From: a bacterium
GTDB lineage: Bacteria; UBA8248
NCBI GenBank assembly: GCA_965203325.1
Contig: OZ241875.1
Span: forward strand, 800,001 to 864,000
Length of the DNA stretch: 64,000 bases
Reading direction: 5' to 3'
Shown: positions 20,179-30,083 of the stretch, one piece after another
Numbering within the stretch: the first letter of the stretch is position 1
Layout: each line of letters starts with the position of its first letter
Notes under the pieces: model-generated
What the model was told of the DNA's origin: nothing
What the model saw: only the letters and a program-made list of their open reading frames with translations
The model's database searches: none
Made by a program: the position numbers and the translations under genes

Positions 20179-20430
20179 TCAGATCATCCCGCCGACGAAA
20201 CCTTGCCTGCGGGTTCTGGCGACCGGCTCGAGATCCACCTTCTTCGAGCGGCATTCCCGGCAACGCAGGAGCGCCTCCAGCTCTTCCACGCGCATTCCGC
20301 GGTGCACTTTTCCCGTCCCCGGCCGGGCCAGGAGTTCGGCGGGCTCCAGGGCCGTCTCACGGCCGCAGGCCCCGCATGATGCGATGAAATACCAGTCCCC
20401 CCCGGCGTAATCGCCCAGACAGAGCGCCAT
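20179..20430 (-). CDS. Small putative zinc-binding protein (CxxC...CxxC)
   Basis: CGAC and CREC pairs; TAATG overlap with the polymerase stop. Confidence 0.6.
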   Translation of the reverse strand: MALCLGDYAGGDWYFIASCGACGRETALEPAELLARPGTGKVHRGMRVEELEALLRCRECRSKKVDLEPVARTRRQGFVGGMI

Positions 20431-21668
20431 TACCGGAAATCCTCATGCCCGGGAATGCGGCCGTACCCGATCTTGGCCCCCACGTAGCCGCCCGGAGGAG
20501 CGCAGCCGCCGTAGCCGACGACGGTGCGCGCATAGCGGCCGTTGATCGCATCGACGGCGGCGGTAAGCCTCGCCAGCCGATGCTCTTCGCCCGGCTCGCC
20601 GAGAGGCAGTTCGAGTTGCGCTTCATCCGACGGGGTGAGCCGGTCGAATGAGACGGCGATCCGGAACACCGCGTCCCGGCTCCGCGCCGAGGCAAGCGCG
20701 GGCCAGAGCGCCGAGAGGGCGCCCAGGCAGGTCAGATCGTCGTTCGCTCCGGCGACGGCCGCCGAGGCCGTCCAAGAGGGTGCATCGAGACAGTCGGCCG
20801 ACAGGGTGAGCCTCCGGGCGAAGACCCCCTCCCGGCGCAGGCGCCGGGCCGCCTTCACCACCAGTTGCCTGGCCATCGGTCGGGCCGCCTGCGCGCTGCG
20901 CTCCCCCGGAGGCAGGACCCGCCCGTGGCCGATCGAGCCGCGCCTCGTCACCGGCGGCTCCACGGCGTAGCCGTGCAGCGCGTACCAGAAGCGCGCGCCG
21001 TTCACGCCGCCCCAGATCGAACGCAGCCGTCCGGGATCCGTTTTCCAGATGTCCTCGACCGTCGATATCCCGCCTTGTCTCAAGCGCGCGCGCATGCGCT
21101 TGCCTACTCCGGGCAACGCCTCCAGGCCGAGGCCGAGCAGAGGACCCGGCAGGTCGGCGGGAAGCAGCACCGTCAGGCCGTCGGGCTTGTCCAGTTCCGC
21201 GGCGATCTTGGCGAGCCACCTGTTGGGCGCACAGCCGATGGAGCAGGTGATGCGCTCTCCGACGGCGGCCCGCACCCGGGCCTTGATCCGCCCCGCGACC
21301 TCTTCGGGGCGGTCCCGCTCCCCCAGAACGGCGGCGAGCTCGTCTATCGAGCAAACGACGTCGATCGGCAACACGGAGAGCACCGCAGCGATGATCCGCC
21401 GGTGGATGCGGACGTAGTGGTCCGGCCGCTGCGGCGCGAGCGTTATCCGGGGGCACAACCGGCGGGCCTCGGCGATGGCTGTCCCGGTCTTGACGCCGAA
21501 CCTCTTGGCCGCAGGGTTTGCGGCGAGCACGCAACTGTTGCGCGCCCCCGCGAACGGTATGACCCCGACGGGGCGGCCATGCAGGCCGGGGTCCGCCTGT
21601 TCCTGGCAGGACGCGAAAAAACCGTCGAAATCGATATAGAGCCGCTTCGGCTTGGTCGGTCGGCGCAT
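20430..21668 (-). CDS. Y-family DNA polymerase (DinB/UmuC-like)
   Basis: YIDFDGFFAS, AKRFGVKTG, SIDE, AKIAAELDKPDG, LPGVG motifs. Confidence 0.92.
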   Translation of the reverse strand: MRRPTKPKRLYIDFDGFFASCQEQADPGLHGRPVGVIPFAGARNSCVLAANPAAKRFGVKTGTAIAEARRLCPRITLAPQRPDHYVRIHRRIIAAVLSVLPIDVVCSIDELAAVLGERDRPEEVAGRIKARVRAAVGERITCSIGCAPNRWLAKIAAELDKPDGLTVLLPADLPGPLLGLGLEALPGVGKRMRARLRQGGISTVEDIWKTDPGRLRSIWGGVNGARFWYALHGYAVEPPVTRRGSIGHGRVLPPGERSAQAARPMARQLVVKAARRLRREGVFARRLTLSADCLDAPSWTASAAVAGANDDLTCLGALSALWPALASARSRDAVFRIAVSFDRLTPSDEAQLELPLGEPGEEHRLARLTAAVDAINGRYARTVVGYGGCAPPGGYVGAKIGYGRIPGHEDFR

Positions 21669-21822
21669 GGCTCACCCAAGAGAATAAAAAGCGAAAATAA
21701 CACATTCCCGGCGGCTCGCGCAAGATGAAAATCGACGCCGCGCGCGGTTTGATCCCGGCCGGGGTTGTTGAAAAAGACCCCTTTTCAGGGAGTAGAGAAG
21801 ACGCCCCTCTCGAATAGAAAAG

Positions 21823-21934
21823 CACCCCCCCCTACCCCCCCTTGTCAGGGGGGTAAAAAAAGGCGACGCCCACCGCCGGTTGAGGGGCTTTTGTTTTTTC
21901 TTGCCCCCCTGACAAGGGGGGGTAGGGGAGGGTG
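21823..21934. repeat. MITE-like element with long terminal inverted repeats, copy 1
   Basis: CCCCCCCTACCCCCCCTTGTCAGGGGGG ... CCCCCTGACAAGGGGGGGTAGGGG; inverted copy at 63167-63277. Confidence 0.8.
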
Positions 21935-22052
21935 TCCGAAGCTGCGAGAAGGAAGAGAAACACGACCCCCTCCTCTGGCGAAGCGGACGATAAAACCTTA
22001 TAGTGCGTCGCCGAATCGCCGAAAACCGAAAATCACCACCGGAGGATTTCTC

Positions 22053-23099
22053 GTGACCGACCGAAATTCACTCGCCGCCCTCTTGCATGAACCGGGGAGG
22101 CTCGAACTCGTGGAGCGTCCCGCGCCCGAGCCGGGGCCGGGCGAGGTGCTCGTCGAAGTCGGCGCCTGCGCGATATGCGGCAGCGATTTCCACCTGATCG
22201 ACGGCCACGTTCGGCGCGCGAAATACCCCGTCGTGCCGGGCCACGAGCTCATGGGCGTGGTGAGCGCGCTGGGTCCCGGCGTAGAGGGCGTGGAAGTCGG
22301 CGCGCGCGCCTGCATCGAGAACCACGTGCACTGCGGGGAGTGCTACTTCTGCAAAATGGGCCGGGTGAACCTGTGCAACAACTCGCGCTCCATCGGGATG
22401 AACGCCGACGGCGGCTACAGCCAACATGTGATTGCGCCCGCCAAGTGCGTCCTCCCCCTGCCGGATGCGCTGGACGACGCCACCGCTTCGGTGATGCAGA
22501 CGCTGGGCACGGGCTATCACGTCGTGATGAACCGCGCGCGGATGGAAGCGGGCGAGACCGTCGCCATCATCGGGATGGGGCCGGTGGGGCTGTGCGCGCT
22601 GGCCTGTGCGAAATACGCCGGATGCCGCGTGGTCGCGATCGACGCGGTGGCGGAGCGGCTCGAAGTCGCCCGGGAGATGGGGGCGGATGAGACGATAGAC
22701 GTACGCGAGCATGATTCCGTCTCCGCCGTGCATGACCTGACCGGCGGGCACGGGGCGGACGCCGTCCTGGAAGTCGTGGGAGGCGCGCAGAACAAGACGA
22801 TGGCCCAGGCCTTCGAGATGGCACGCAAGGGCGGGCGCATCGTGGTCGTGGGCGCGTTCTCGGTGGATGCGCCCATCGCGCTCGAACACTTACAACACCT
22901 CGAAAAAGAGATCATCGGCTCGCGTGGACACCCCGACACCTTCGAGGTCTGCATCGACCTGGCCGCACGCGGGGAGCTGAACGTGAAGCCCATGATCACG
23001 CACCGGATACCGCTCTCGATGGTGCACCGGGGGATCGAGATGATGCGCGAGCGAAAGGACGGGGCCATCAAGGTGGTGCTCATCCCGAAAGAAGGCTGA
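22053..23099 (+). CDS. Zinc-dependent alcohol dehydrogenase (MDR family)
   Basis: CGSD, GHE, CGECYFC...C, GMGPVG; GGAGGA RBS before GTG. Confidence 0.93.
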   Translation: MTDRNSLAALLHEPGRLELVERPAPEPGPGEVLVEVGACAICGSDFHLIDGHVRRAKYPVVPGHELMGVVSALGPGVEGVEVGARACIENHVHCGECYFCKMGRVNLCNNSRSIGMNADGGYSQHVIAPAKCVLPLPDALDDATASVMQTLGTGYHVVMNRARMEAGETVAIIGMGPVGLCALACAKYAGCRVVAIDAVAERLEVAREMGADETIDVREHDSVSAVHDLTGGHGADAVLEVVGGAQNKTMAQAFEMARKGGRIVVVGAFSVDAPIALEHLQHLEKEIIGSRGHPDTFEVCIDLAARGELNVKPMITHRIPLSMVHRGIEMMRERKDGAIKVVLIPKEG

Positions 23100-23184
23100 G
23101 TTTCGGGCGCGCCGCGCCGAATCCGCTCTACCTCTTCTGACAAGACAACCAACGTGACACCCAAGCAGGGAGATAAAAGCGATC

Positions 23185-24075
23185 ATGCAAAGAGAAGAAA
23201 CCATCGGCTTCATCGGTCTGGGCCTCATGGGCCGGGCGTTTTCCAGGAATCTGATTGAGGACGGCTACCGGCTCGTCGGCGCAGACCCGGTTCCGGCGGC
23301 GCAGGAAGCGTTCGAGAGTTTGGGCGGCCAGGTTCTCGCCTCCCCGAAAGAGGTGGCCGAGGCGGCGGATTTCGTCTTCATCTCGGTGCCGAACTCGAAA
23401 ATATCCCTCGAATGCGCGCGGGGCGAGGAAGGTTATCTCACAGCCGATCCGGACAAGAAACCGAAGGCCGTGGTCGACACCACTACGTCGGATCCGGACG
23501 ACACGCGCGAGATGGCGCGCCTGTGCGCGGAGCGCGGCTTCGACTTCATGGAGGCGTGCGTGAGCGGCAACAGCGAGAACGTGAAGAACAGGTCGGGCCT
23601 CTTTCTCGTGGGCGGAGAGGAGCGGACACACACGCTTGTGAAGGACATGCTCGGCCGTCTGCTTTCGGATCAGATCCACTGCGGTGCTGCGGGCGACGGC
23701 GCGACGATGAAGGTGCTCATCAATTACTTGACCTGCCTGCAGCGGTGCGCCATCGCCGAGACGCTGCGCATGGGTCTGAGAGCGGGCGTGAAAGGGGAAC
23801 TCCTGCTCGACGCCTTCATGCGGAGCGCCGCCGACAGCAGGCAGCTCAGAAACCGGGGTCCCCGGATGGTGAGCGGAGATTTCTCGAACCCCGTGAGCAC
23901 GCTCGACGTGCTGACCAAGGACATCAAGCTCGGCCTCGCCCTGGGCCAGAGCGTGAACGCCAACATGCCGCTGGGCGATCTCTGCCTGCCATTTTTCACC
24001 GAGGGACAGGAACTGGGCTTCGGCTCCCTCGACAGCGCAGCGGTGTACAAGGTGTTCGAGCAGAGGGAGGGATAG
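23185..24075 (+). CDS. NAD(P)-dependent oxidoreductase, 3-hydroxyisobutyrate dehydrogenase family
   Basis: GFIGLGLMG, ACVSG, MKVLIN, KDIKL motifs. Confidence 0.9.
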   Translation: MQREETIGFIGLGLMGRAFSRNLIEDGYRLVGADPVPAAQEAFESLGGQVLASPKEVAEAADFVFISVPNSKISLECARGEEGYLTADPDKKPKAVVDTTTSDPDDTREMARLCAERGFDFMEACVSGNSENVKNRSGLFLVGGEERTHTLVKDMLGRLLSDQIHCGAAGDGATMKVLINYLTCLQRCAIAETLRMGLRAGVKGELLLDAFMRSAADSRQLRNRGPRMVSGDFSNPVSTLDVLTKDIKLGLALGQSVNANMPLGDLCLPFFTEGQELGFGSLDSAAVYKVFEQREG

Positions 24076-24151
24076 CAGGGGAAACGCAAGTTGCCCTTGC
24101 TTTGGAGCTATACCCTCTTCCGCTTTGGTCAAGAATTACGCAAAAAAGAAA

Positions 24152-24179
24152 GCAGGGACAGGTCGCGACCTGTCCTTAC
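24152..24179. repeat. REP-like palindrome
   Basis: GGACAGGTCGCGACCTGTCC, same core as 13847 and 30084. Confidence 0.8.
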
Positions 24180-24263
24180 ACAAGGCATATTTCCCGCATC
24201 GCTCGTGATTGAACTCAAGGGGATAGTGTGCTTCGCCTCTGCCCATCATTCCGGCGGATGCCC

Positions 24264-26915
24264 CTAGAAGCTCAAGGAGATGTCGCGGTGGTGGGACATG
24301 CAGGCCGCCACGGGTTTCGCGAACCGGGTCGGCAGGCGTTCCAGTTGCCGGACCCCGATGGTTCCGCGTATGGCGGCCTCATAAGTAGCCAGGCCGGGGT
24401 CGAGCTCCCGGGCGGCGCGGGAGCGCCACGCCACCTCGCGCTCGAACAGGGCGATAACATCATCCAGGCGCTTCTCGGCGCGCTTCAGGCCTGACTTGCC
24501 TCGTCTGGAGTCCGAGCGCGCCCTGGAGAGACCCGAGCGCAGATCGTAGGTTCCGGGCACTTTTCGAAACGCCCGCTCGGCTTCGCGGATGGCGGACCCC
24601 GCCTTTTGGGCCGTCTGCGTCTGGAGGATTTCCGGCAACCCCTTGAGCTTCGCGCCTGCTTGCTCAAGAGCCGCTACCTTCGCCAGCATCTCGCGCATCG
24701 AACGCACGGAGGCGTAGGCGTCGTCGACGTTACGCCGGTAGGCGCGGCGGGCGCGTGTCTCCTTGCGCTCCAGGTTCAGGTAACGTCGGCGCATCTTCTT
24801 CCCGCCTTCGGGGCGTCTCGCCTCGGCGCGGGCCCTTCGCTTCGTGAGCTCCTCGATCTCGTGGCGCAGCGCCGCCGCGGCGTCCGTATCGCGCCCCATG
24901 CGCCGGATGGTGGTGCGGATCTCGCGGATTTCGCGGTCGATCCGCCTCTCCTGCGCGTTGACGCGCCTGATGACGGTGTGTACGGGCTTATAAGTTTCCC
25001 CGAACTTCTTCCGCTCCGCACTTGTGCGGCGCACTTGCGCGACCAGATCGAAGGTCCGGGCCGCCTTCTCCATGCCGCCGGTCAGCTTTTTGCGGACTTT
25101 CTCGGGCAGATAGCCGGTATCGAGTTTTTGCGCGGTTCGTATGCTCGCGCGTATCGTCTCGCCGTCGCGGTCGTACTGCTCGAACAGGTATTCCTCCAGG
25201 CAGTTCTGGAGGCGCGGGTTCCGCGGAGGCGGCGCCGTCTCGCCGGTGAGCGAGGTGCGCATCGGCAGGTAGTTCACCAGGGGCGGATAGAAACCCACTA
25301 TGCCCAGGGCCACGAGCTGGAGCACGATGAACGCGACCACGCCCTTGTAGATGTCCGTCGTCAGCACGTTGGACGGCGCCACGCCGCGCAGGTAGAACAG
25401 CGCGAAACCGAACGGCGGCGTCAGGAAAGAAGTCTGCATGTTGACGCCGATCATCACCCCGAGCCAGACGGCGGTGACGTTGGCCGAGGGATCCGAGAGC
25501 AGGATGGGGGCCACGATGGGCACCACGACCACCGCTATCTCGATGAAGTCGAGGAAAAAACCCAAGATGAAGATGACCGCCATGACGACGATGAACTGGC
25601 TCCAGAAACCGCCCGGCAGCGTGGTGAGAAACTCCTTCACCAACTCCTCGCCGCCGAAGCCCCGGAAGGCGGAGGTGAGCATGGCCGCGCCAAGGAGGAT
25701 GATGAAGACCATGGCCGTGGTCTTGGCGGTCTCGACCATGACGCCCGCGAGCATATTCTCGGTGCGGTAGGCGCGCCAGCCGCTCCAGGCCACGGCGACC
25801 AGCAGACCGAAAACAGCGATGGCCGCGAACGTCACGCCGATGGCCTCGTAGGCGCCGTGAATGGTGCGTATGTTGAGGTCGAAGGTGGCCAGGAGGATGA
25901 AGAGCGCCAGCAGGGAAAGGCCCGCGATGATGGCCGGCGTGTAGCACCCGCGCTGCCCCTCATTCAAGCGGTACCCCGCCATGATGGTGGCGCCGACGGC
26001 GCCGATGGCACCGGCCTGATTGACCGTGGCGACCCCCATGATGATGGAGCCGAGCACGGCCAGGATGAGCGCCAGGGGCGGAATGAGCGCCAACAGCACG
26101 CGGAAGGCGAACTGGCGGTCGAAGCTGCCTACCATCGGGATGGCCGGCGCGCTGCCGGGCCGTATGAGCGCGACCGCGAGAATGTAGATGACGTAGAGGC
26201 CCACCAGCACCAGGCCGGGCAAGATGGCGCCCAGGAACATGTCGCCCGCGCTGGCCGAGGTGATGCCGAACTCCGTGGGCATGATGAACTGGCCGGTGGA
26301 GGCCTTGAAGTCCACCAGCCGCAGCGTGCCCGCCTGGTCGGTGGCGTTCGAGAGCTGGTCGGCCAGGATGATGAGCACCACGGAGGGCGGGATGATCTGT
26401 CCCAGCGTGCCCGCCGCGCAGATGGTGCCGGTGGCGAGCCGGCGCGAGTAGCCGTTGCTCAGCATGGCCGGCAGCGAGATGAGGCCCATGGCGACCACGG
26501 TGGCGCCGAGAATGCCGGTGGTGGCGGCGAGCAGCGCGCCCACCAGCACGACCGAGATGCCGAGACCGCCCGGAACCGGCCCGAACAGGCGCGCCATGGT
26601 CACCAGCAGGTCCTCGGCGATCTTCGAGCGCTGCAGCATGATGCCCATGAACACGAACAGGGGCACGGCGATGATGGTGTCGCGCTCGACCTCCCAGTAG
26701 ACGCCCCGGAAATTGGTGACGCCGGCTGTGAGCCACTGAACGGGGCCGTCCTGCGCGAAGAAGGCGCTGGCGTCCCCGGCAAAGATGTAGCCGGTGATCG
26801 ACGCGAGACCGATGGTCAGGATGGCCGAGCCGGGCAGCGCGAACGCCACCGGGTAACCCGACGCCAGCGCTCCGGCCATGGCCAGGATTAAGAGTGCGAG
26901 AAAGAAGAGTTCCAC
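24264..26915 (-). CDS. TRAP transporter large permease (DctM) with long C-terminal extension
   Basis: AVPLFVFMG, GTLGQIIPPS, SFLTPPFG motifs; GTG start just after the small-permease stop. Confidence 0.9.
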   Translation of the reverse strand: MELFFLALLILAMAGALASGYPVAFALPGSAILTIGLASITGYIFAGDASAFFAQDGPVQWLTAGVTNFRGVYWEVERDTIIAVPLFVFMGIMLQRSKIAEDLLVTMARLFGPVPGGLGISVVLVGALLAATTGILGATVVAMGLISLPAMLSNGYSRRLATGTICAAGTLGQIIPPSVVLIILADQLSNATDQAGTLRLVDFKASTGQFIMPTEFGITSASAGDMFLGAILPGLVLVGLYVIYILAVALIRPGSAPAIPMVGSFDRQFAFRVLLALIPPLALILAVLGSIIMGVATVNQAGAIGAVGATIMAGYRLNEGQRGCYTPAIIAGLSLLALFILLATFDLNIRTIHGAYEAIGVTFAAIAVFGLLVAVAWSGWRAYRTENMLAGVMVETAKTTAMVFIILLGAAMLTSAFRGFGGEELVKEFLTTLPGGFWSQFIVVMAVIFILGFFLDFIEIAVVVVPIVAPILLSDPSANVTAVWLGVMIGVNMQTSFLTPPFGFALFYLRGVAPSNVLTTDIYKGVVAFIVLQLVALGIVGFYPPLVNYLPMRTSLTGETAPPPRNPRLQNCLEEYLFEQYDRDGETIRASIRTAQKLDTGYLPEKVRKKLTGGMEKAARTFDLVAQVRRTSAERKKFGETYKPVHTVIRRVNAQERRIDREIREIRTTIRRMGRDTDAAAALRHEIEELTKRRARAEARRPEGGKKMRRRYLNLERKETRARRAYRRNVDDAYASVRSMREMLAKVAALEQAGAKLKGLPEILQTQTAQKAGSAIREAERAFRKVPGTYDLRSGLSRARSDSRRGKSGLKRAEKRLDDVIALFEREVAWRSRAARELDPGLATYEAAIRGTIGVRQLERLPTRFAKPVAACMSHHRDISLSF

Positions 26916-26917
26916 GG

Positions 26918-27910
26918 TCAGGCCGGCTCGTGCGTGGGCTGGCTTGGCGACTGTCCGCGAAGAACCGCCATGGCGTTGAGATAGTACGCCAGAAACTGCG
27001 TCATCATGGAGACGGCGTAGACGGCGAGGAAACCCGCCATCAGGTACTTGACGTAGAGACCGTACCCGCTCTGGGACGTTTCGAAATAAAGCAGCGGGCT
27101 GTTGATGACGGACGCCTTGCCCGACATGCCGACGGCGAGGATGGTCCAGCACAGCGGCACGCCCAGCAATATGGAGCCCCACGCGTTGACCAGCGCCTTG
27201 CGCCGTTCCGTGAAATGCGTGTAGAGCACGTCCACGCGCACATGGCCCCCGGCGACCAGGGTATGGGCGCTGGCGAACAGGAAAAGCGCTGCGTACCAGA
27301 AACGAACGAGGTCGCCCATGAAGGCCTGCTCATAGGAGAAGATGAAGCGCGCGATGACGATCTGGAACTCGGCGACGACCACGAGAAGCGCGAGCCAGAT
27401 GAAATCGAGCCCCCGCCGGAAACAGGCCACCACGACGGCCGCGAGCATCAACGGCAAATGCACGTAGATGCCGCGGAAGCTCGAGACGCCGAGTTGCTGG
27501 GCGAGCGTCTTGCCGAACACCGCGGGCAGCAACCCTTCCACGCGCAGAAACGATATGACGCCGTCGACGATGCCGACGAAAAAAGTCGACCAAAAGGCCG
27601 CGGAGATGATATAGGCGGTGACGGAACTGAGAAGCGCCGCATCAGACGCGAACGGCCGCTCCTGGTTCCTGAGCGTGATGATGATGATGGCGACGACCGG
27701 AAGGACGTAACCTACCAACTGCAGCCATGCCAGGAAGGCCGCTCCTCCGGAGAAGATGCGTGCGACGCCCGGCCAGCCATGCCAGAAGACCAGATAGTTG
27801 TTGAAAAGGAAGGCGAACATGGTTGCGGCCAGCGACAGCGCGAACGCGCGGTAGAGCGCGTCCGCGATGCCGGGCCGTCTTTCGTCCTCGTTTAACCGAT
27901 CCTCAGTCAC
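26918..27910 (-). CDS. TRAP transporter small permease (DctQ), enlarged
   Basis: GHVRVDVLY motif; lies between the binding protein and DctM. Confidence 0.85.
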   Translation of the reverse strand: MTEDRLNEDERRPGIADALYRAFALSLAATMFAFLFNNYLVFWHGWPGVARIFSGGAAFLAWLQLVGYVLPVVAIIIITLRNQERPFASDAALLSSVTAYIISAAFWSTFFVGIVDGVISFLRVEGLLPAVFGKTLAQQLGVSSFRGIYVHLPLMLAAVVVACFRRGLDFIWLALLVVVAEFQIVIARFIFSYEQAFMGDLVRFWYAALFLFASAHTLVAGGHVRVDVLYTHFTERRKALVNAWGSILLGVPLCWTILAVGMSGKASVINSPLLYFETSQSGYGLYVKYLMAGFLAVYAVSMMTQFLAYYLNAMAVLRGQSPSQPTHEPA

Positions 27911-27951
27911 CGTGGAAAACCATAGCGATCCGTCACGCTATTGCCGGACGT

Positions 27952-29067
27952 CTAGCTCGATACGCCCAGCACGCGGTTGCGCTGCGCTATGAATGCCTGG
28001 TCAGCGAGGCTCATCCAACCGCCGACCTCGAGGCGCGCCTTGGCGAAACTGTCATGGATGCGCTTGGCGAGCGGGCTGTGGGTCACCACCCCCGCGAAGA
28101 CTTCATCGGCCGCTTTTCCGAACGCGTCGTAGATGTCGTCGTTGAACTTGCGCACCTGGACGCCCTGGTCGCGCGTCAGCCGCGCCAGCGCCGCGCCGTT
28201 CTTGGCGTTGTACTCGGCCATCATCACGTCGTTCTCCATGGAGGCCGCGGCCTCGATGAGCGTCTGATCGGCCTTCGAGAGCGAATCCCAGAACTTCTTG
28301 TTGAAACCAGCGGACAGCATCGAGCCGGGCTCGTGCATGCCCGGATAGTAGTAGTACTTGGCGGCTTCATAGAACTTCATGAACTCGTCGTTCCACGGCC
28401 CCACCCATTCGGTGGCGTCGATGGCGCCCGAAACGAGGTTCTCGTAGATCTGCCCGCCCGGCAGGGATACCGGCGAGGCGCCGAGCTTCGCCATGACGTC
28501 GCCGCCGAGACCCGGGATGCGCATCTTGAGGCCCTTGAGGTCGTCGGGGCTGTTGATCTCCTTGCGGAACCAGCCGCCCATCTGGACACCCGTGTTGCCG
28601 CACATGAGGCCCTTGAGCCCGAACCCTGCGGCCAGTTCGTCCCAGAGCTGCTGCCCGCCGCCGAAACGGATCCAGGCGTTCAACTCGGTGTAGGTGAGGC
28701 CGAAAGGCACGGCGGTGAAATAGGCCCAGCCCGGATGCTTGCCTTTCCAGTAGTAGTCGGCCGCGTGGTAGGCCTGCGCGTTGCCCGAGGCCACCTCGTC
28801 GAACGAGTCGAAGGCGCCGACGCGCTCCCCGGCGGCGAAGTAGCTCACCTTGATGCGGCCGTCGCTCATATCCTGGAGCCGTTTGGCGAAGCGCTGCGCC
28901 CCGGTGCCGAGTCCGGGGAAATCGCGCGGCCAGGTGGTGACGATGGCGATCTCGATGCGCTTCTTCATCATGGCGGGCGCCTTCTGCGCCTGGGCCAACC
29001 CGCTGCCCGTCACGACCGCCGCGGCGGTTCCGGCCGCGGCGCCGGTCATAAAGTCACGACGTTTCAT
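27952..29067 (-). CDS. TRAP substrate-binding protein (DctP/TakP-like), Tat signal
   Basis: KRRDFM twin-arginine; GNTGVQMGGWF, GLKMRIPG, EWVGP motifs. Confidence 0.93.
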   Translation of the reverse strand: MKRRDFMTGAAAGTAAAVVTGSGLAQAQKAPAMMKKRIEIAIVTTWPRDFPGLGTGAQRFAKRLQDMSDGRIKVSYFAAGERVGAFDSFDEVASGNAQAYHAADYYWKGKHPGWAYFTAVPFGLTYTELNAWIRFGGGQQLWDELAAGFGLKGLMCGNTGVQMGGWFRKEINSPDDLKGLKMRIPGLGGDVMAKLGASPVSLPGGQIYENLVSGAIDATEWVGPWNDEFMKFYEAAKYYYYPGMHEPGSMLSAGFNKKFWDSLSKADQTLIEAAASMENDVMMAEYNAKNGAALARLTRDQGVQVRKFNDDIYDAFGKAADEVFAGVVTHSPLAKRIHDSFAKARLEVGGWMSLADQAFIAQRNRVLGVSS

Positions 29068-29267
29068 TTGGTTCTCCTTTTGATGAGAGTAGTTTTATAC
29101 CCACAATATGCTCGGCCGGCGCGCCGGCCGGAAACCAACAGCCAAACTTCCCATAAGACTCATTCTTCATGCGTTGTGACGCCAGAAAATATACTATGAC
29201 AAGCGCAATTGCGGCGCAACCACGAACTTGGCGACTGTCGGTCCGGCGGGGTGGGGAACGCCGAAGG

Positions 29268-29372
29268 GCCTCATCCCGAGTAGGCTCGAAGGGCCGTATC
29301 GAGAGAGCGCCCTTCGATACAAACGCTCCTTTCTCAGTCGCGTTTTACCTTCGGCGGCTACTCAGGGGGAGG
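29268..29372. repeat. REP-like repeat (CTTCGATAC / CTACTCAGG family)
   Basis: Both sub-units match 20018-20133, in swapped order. Confidence 0.8.
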
Positions 29373-29424
29373 CGGAGACATTGCCTGCAACCCCGATCCG
29401 CCTTGCGGCGTTATCGTTGCCGGC

Positions 29425-29460
29425 CTGTCAGTTGACAGATGACACCTGACACACTACTCT
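29425..29460 (+). promoter_or_regulatory. higBA promoter with operator-like palindrome
   Basis: TTGACA (29432-29437), 17 nt, TACTCT (29455-29460); CTGTCA-GT-TGACAG at 29425-29438. Confidence 0.7.
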
Positions 29461-29466
29461 TGGGTA

Positions 29467-29745
29467 ATGATCGTGTCTTTCAAACATCGGGGTCTGAAAG
29501 CACTCTACGATGGCCGAACGGCGCGACGGGTTGCGCCGACACATGTCCAGAAGCTGAGGGATATCCTGGCCGTTCTCGACAGAAGCCGACGGCCGCAGGA
29601 TGTCAATATTCCCGGTTTCCGGCTTCATCCACTAAAGGGTGAACTGAGGGGCCATTACGCCGTGACGGTTTCAGGCAACTGGCGGGTGACCTTTCAGTTC
29701 GAAGAAGGGGACGTAGTCGACGTGGATTACCTCGACTACCACTGA
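29467..29745 (+). CDS. higB: HigB-like toxin (RelE/ParE superfamily)
   Basis: SFKHRGL, PGFRLHPLKG, VSGNWRVTF, C-terminal DYH. Confidence 0.93.
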   Translation: MIVSFKHRGLKALYDGRTARRVAPTHVQKLRDILAVLDRSRRPQDVNIPGFRLHPLKGELRGHYAVTVSGNWRVTFQFEEGDVVDVDYLDYH

Positions 29746-29755
29746 TGAGGGCCAA

Positions 29756-30046
29756 ATGATGGCGATGAAAAATCCGCCGCATCCGGGCGGGATCGTGAGG
29801 CGGCAATGTCTCGAACCGCTCGGATTGTCCGTGACGAAGGCCGCTGAGGGCATCGGCGTCGCGCGCCAGACCTTATCGGAACTGGTCAACGAGCGCACCG
29901 GCGTCTCCGTGGAGATGGCGATCCGCCTCTCCAAGGCGTTCGGCTCGACGCCGGAGACCTGGCTCGGCCTGCAGATGGCCCACGACCTCTGGCGGGCGCG
30001 CGCCCAGGCAGACGAAATCAAGGTTGAGAAGCTCGGGGCGGCGTGA
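29756..30046 (+). CDS. higA: HigA antitoxin (HTH-XRE)
   Basis: PPHPG, EMAIRLSKAFG, WLGLQ motifs. Confidence 0.93.
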   Translation: MMAMKNPPHPGGIVRRQCLEPLGLSVTKAAEGIGVARQTLSELVNERTGVSVEMAIRLSKAFGSTPETWLGLQMAHDLWRARAQADEIKVEKLGAA

Positions 30047-30083
30047 TTTTGACTCCCTTCAGCAACGCCACACTCGGGAACTC

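Noticed and set aside
20430..21668. imuB assignment
   Set aside because: Catalytic acidic residues are intact and no imuA or dnaE2 is adjacent
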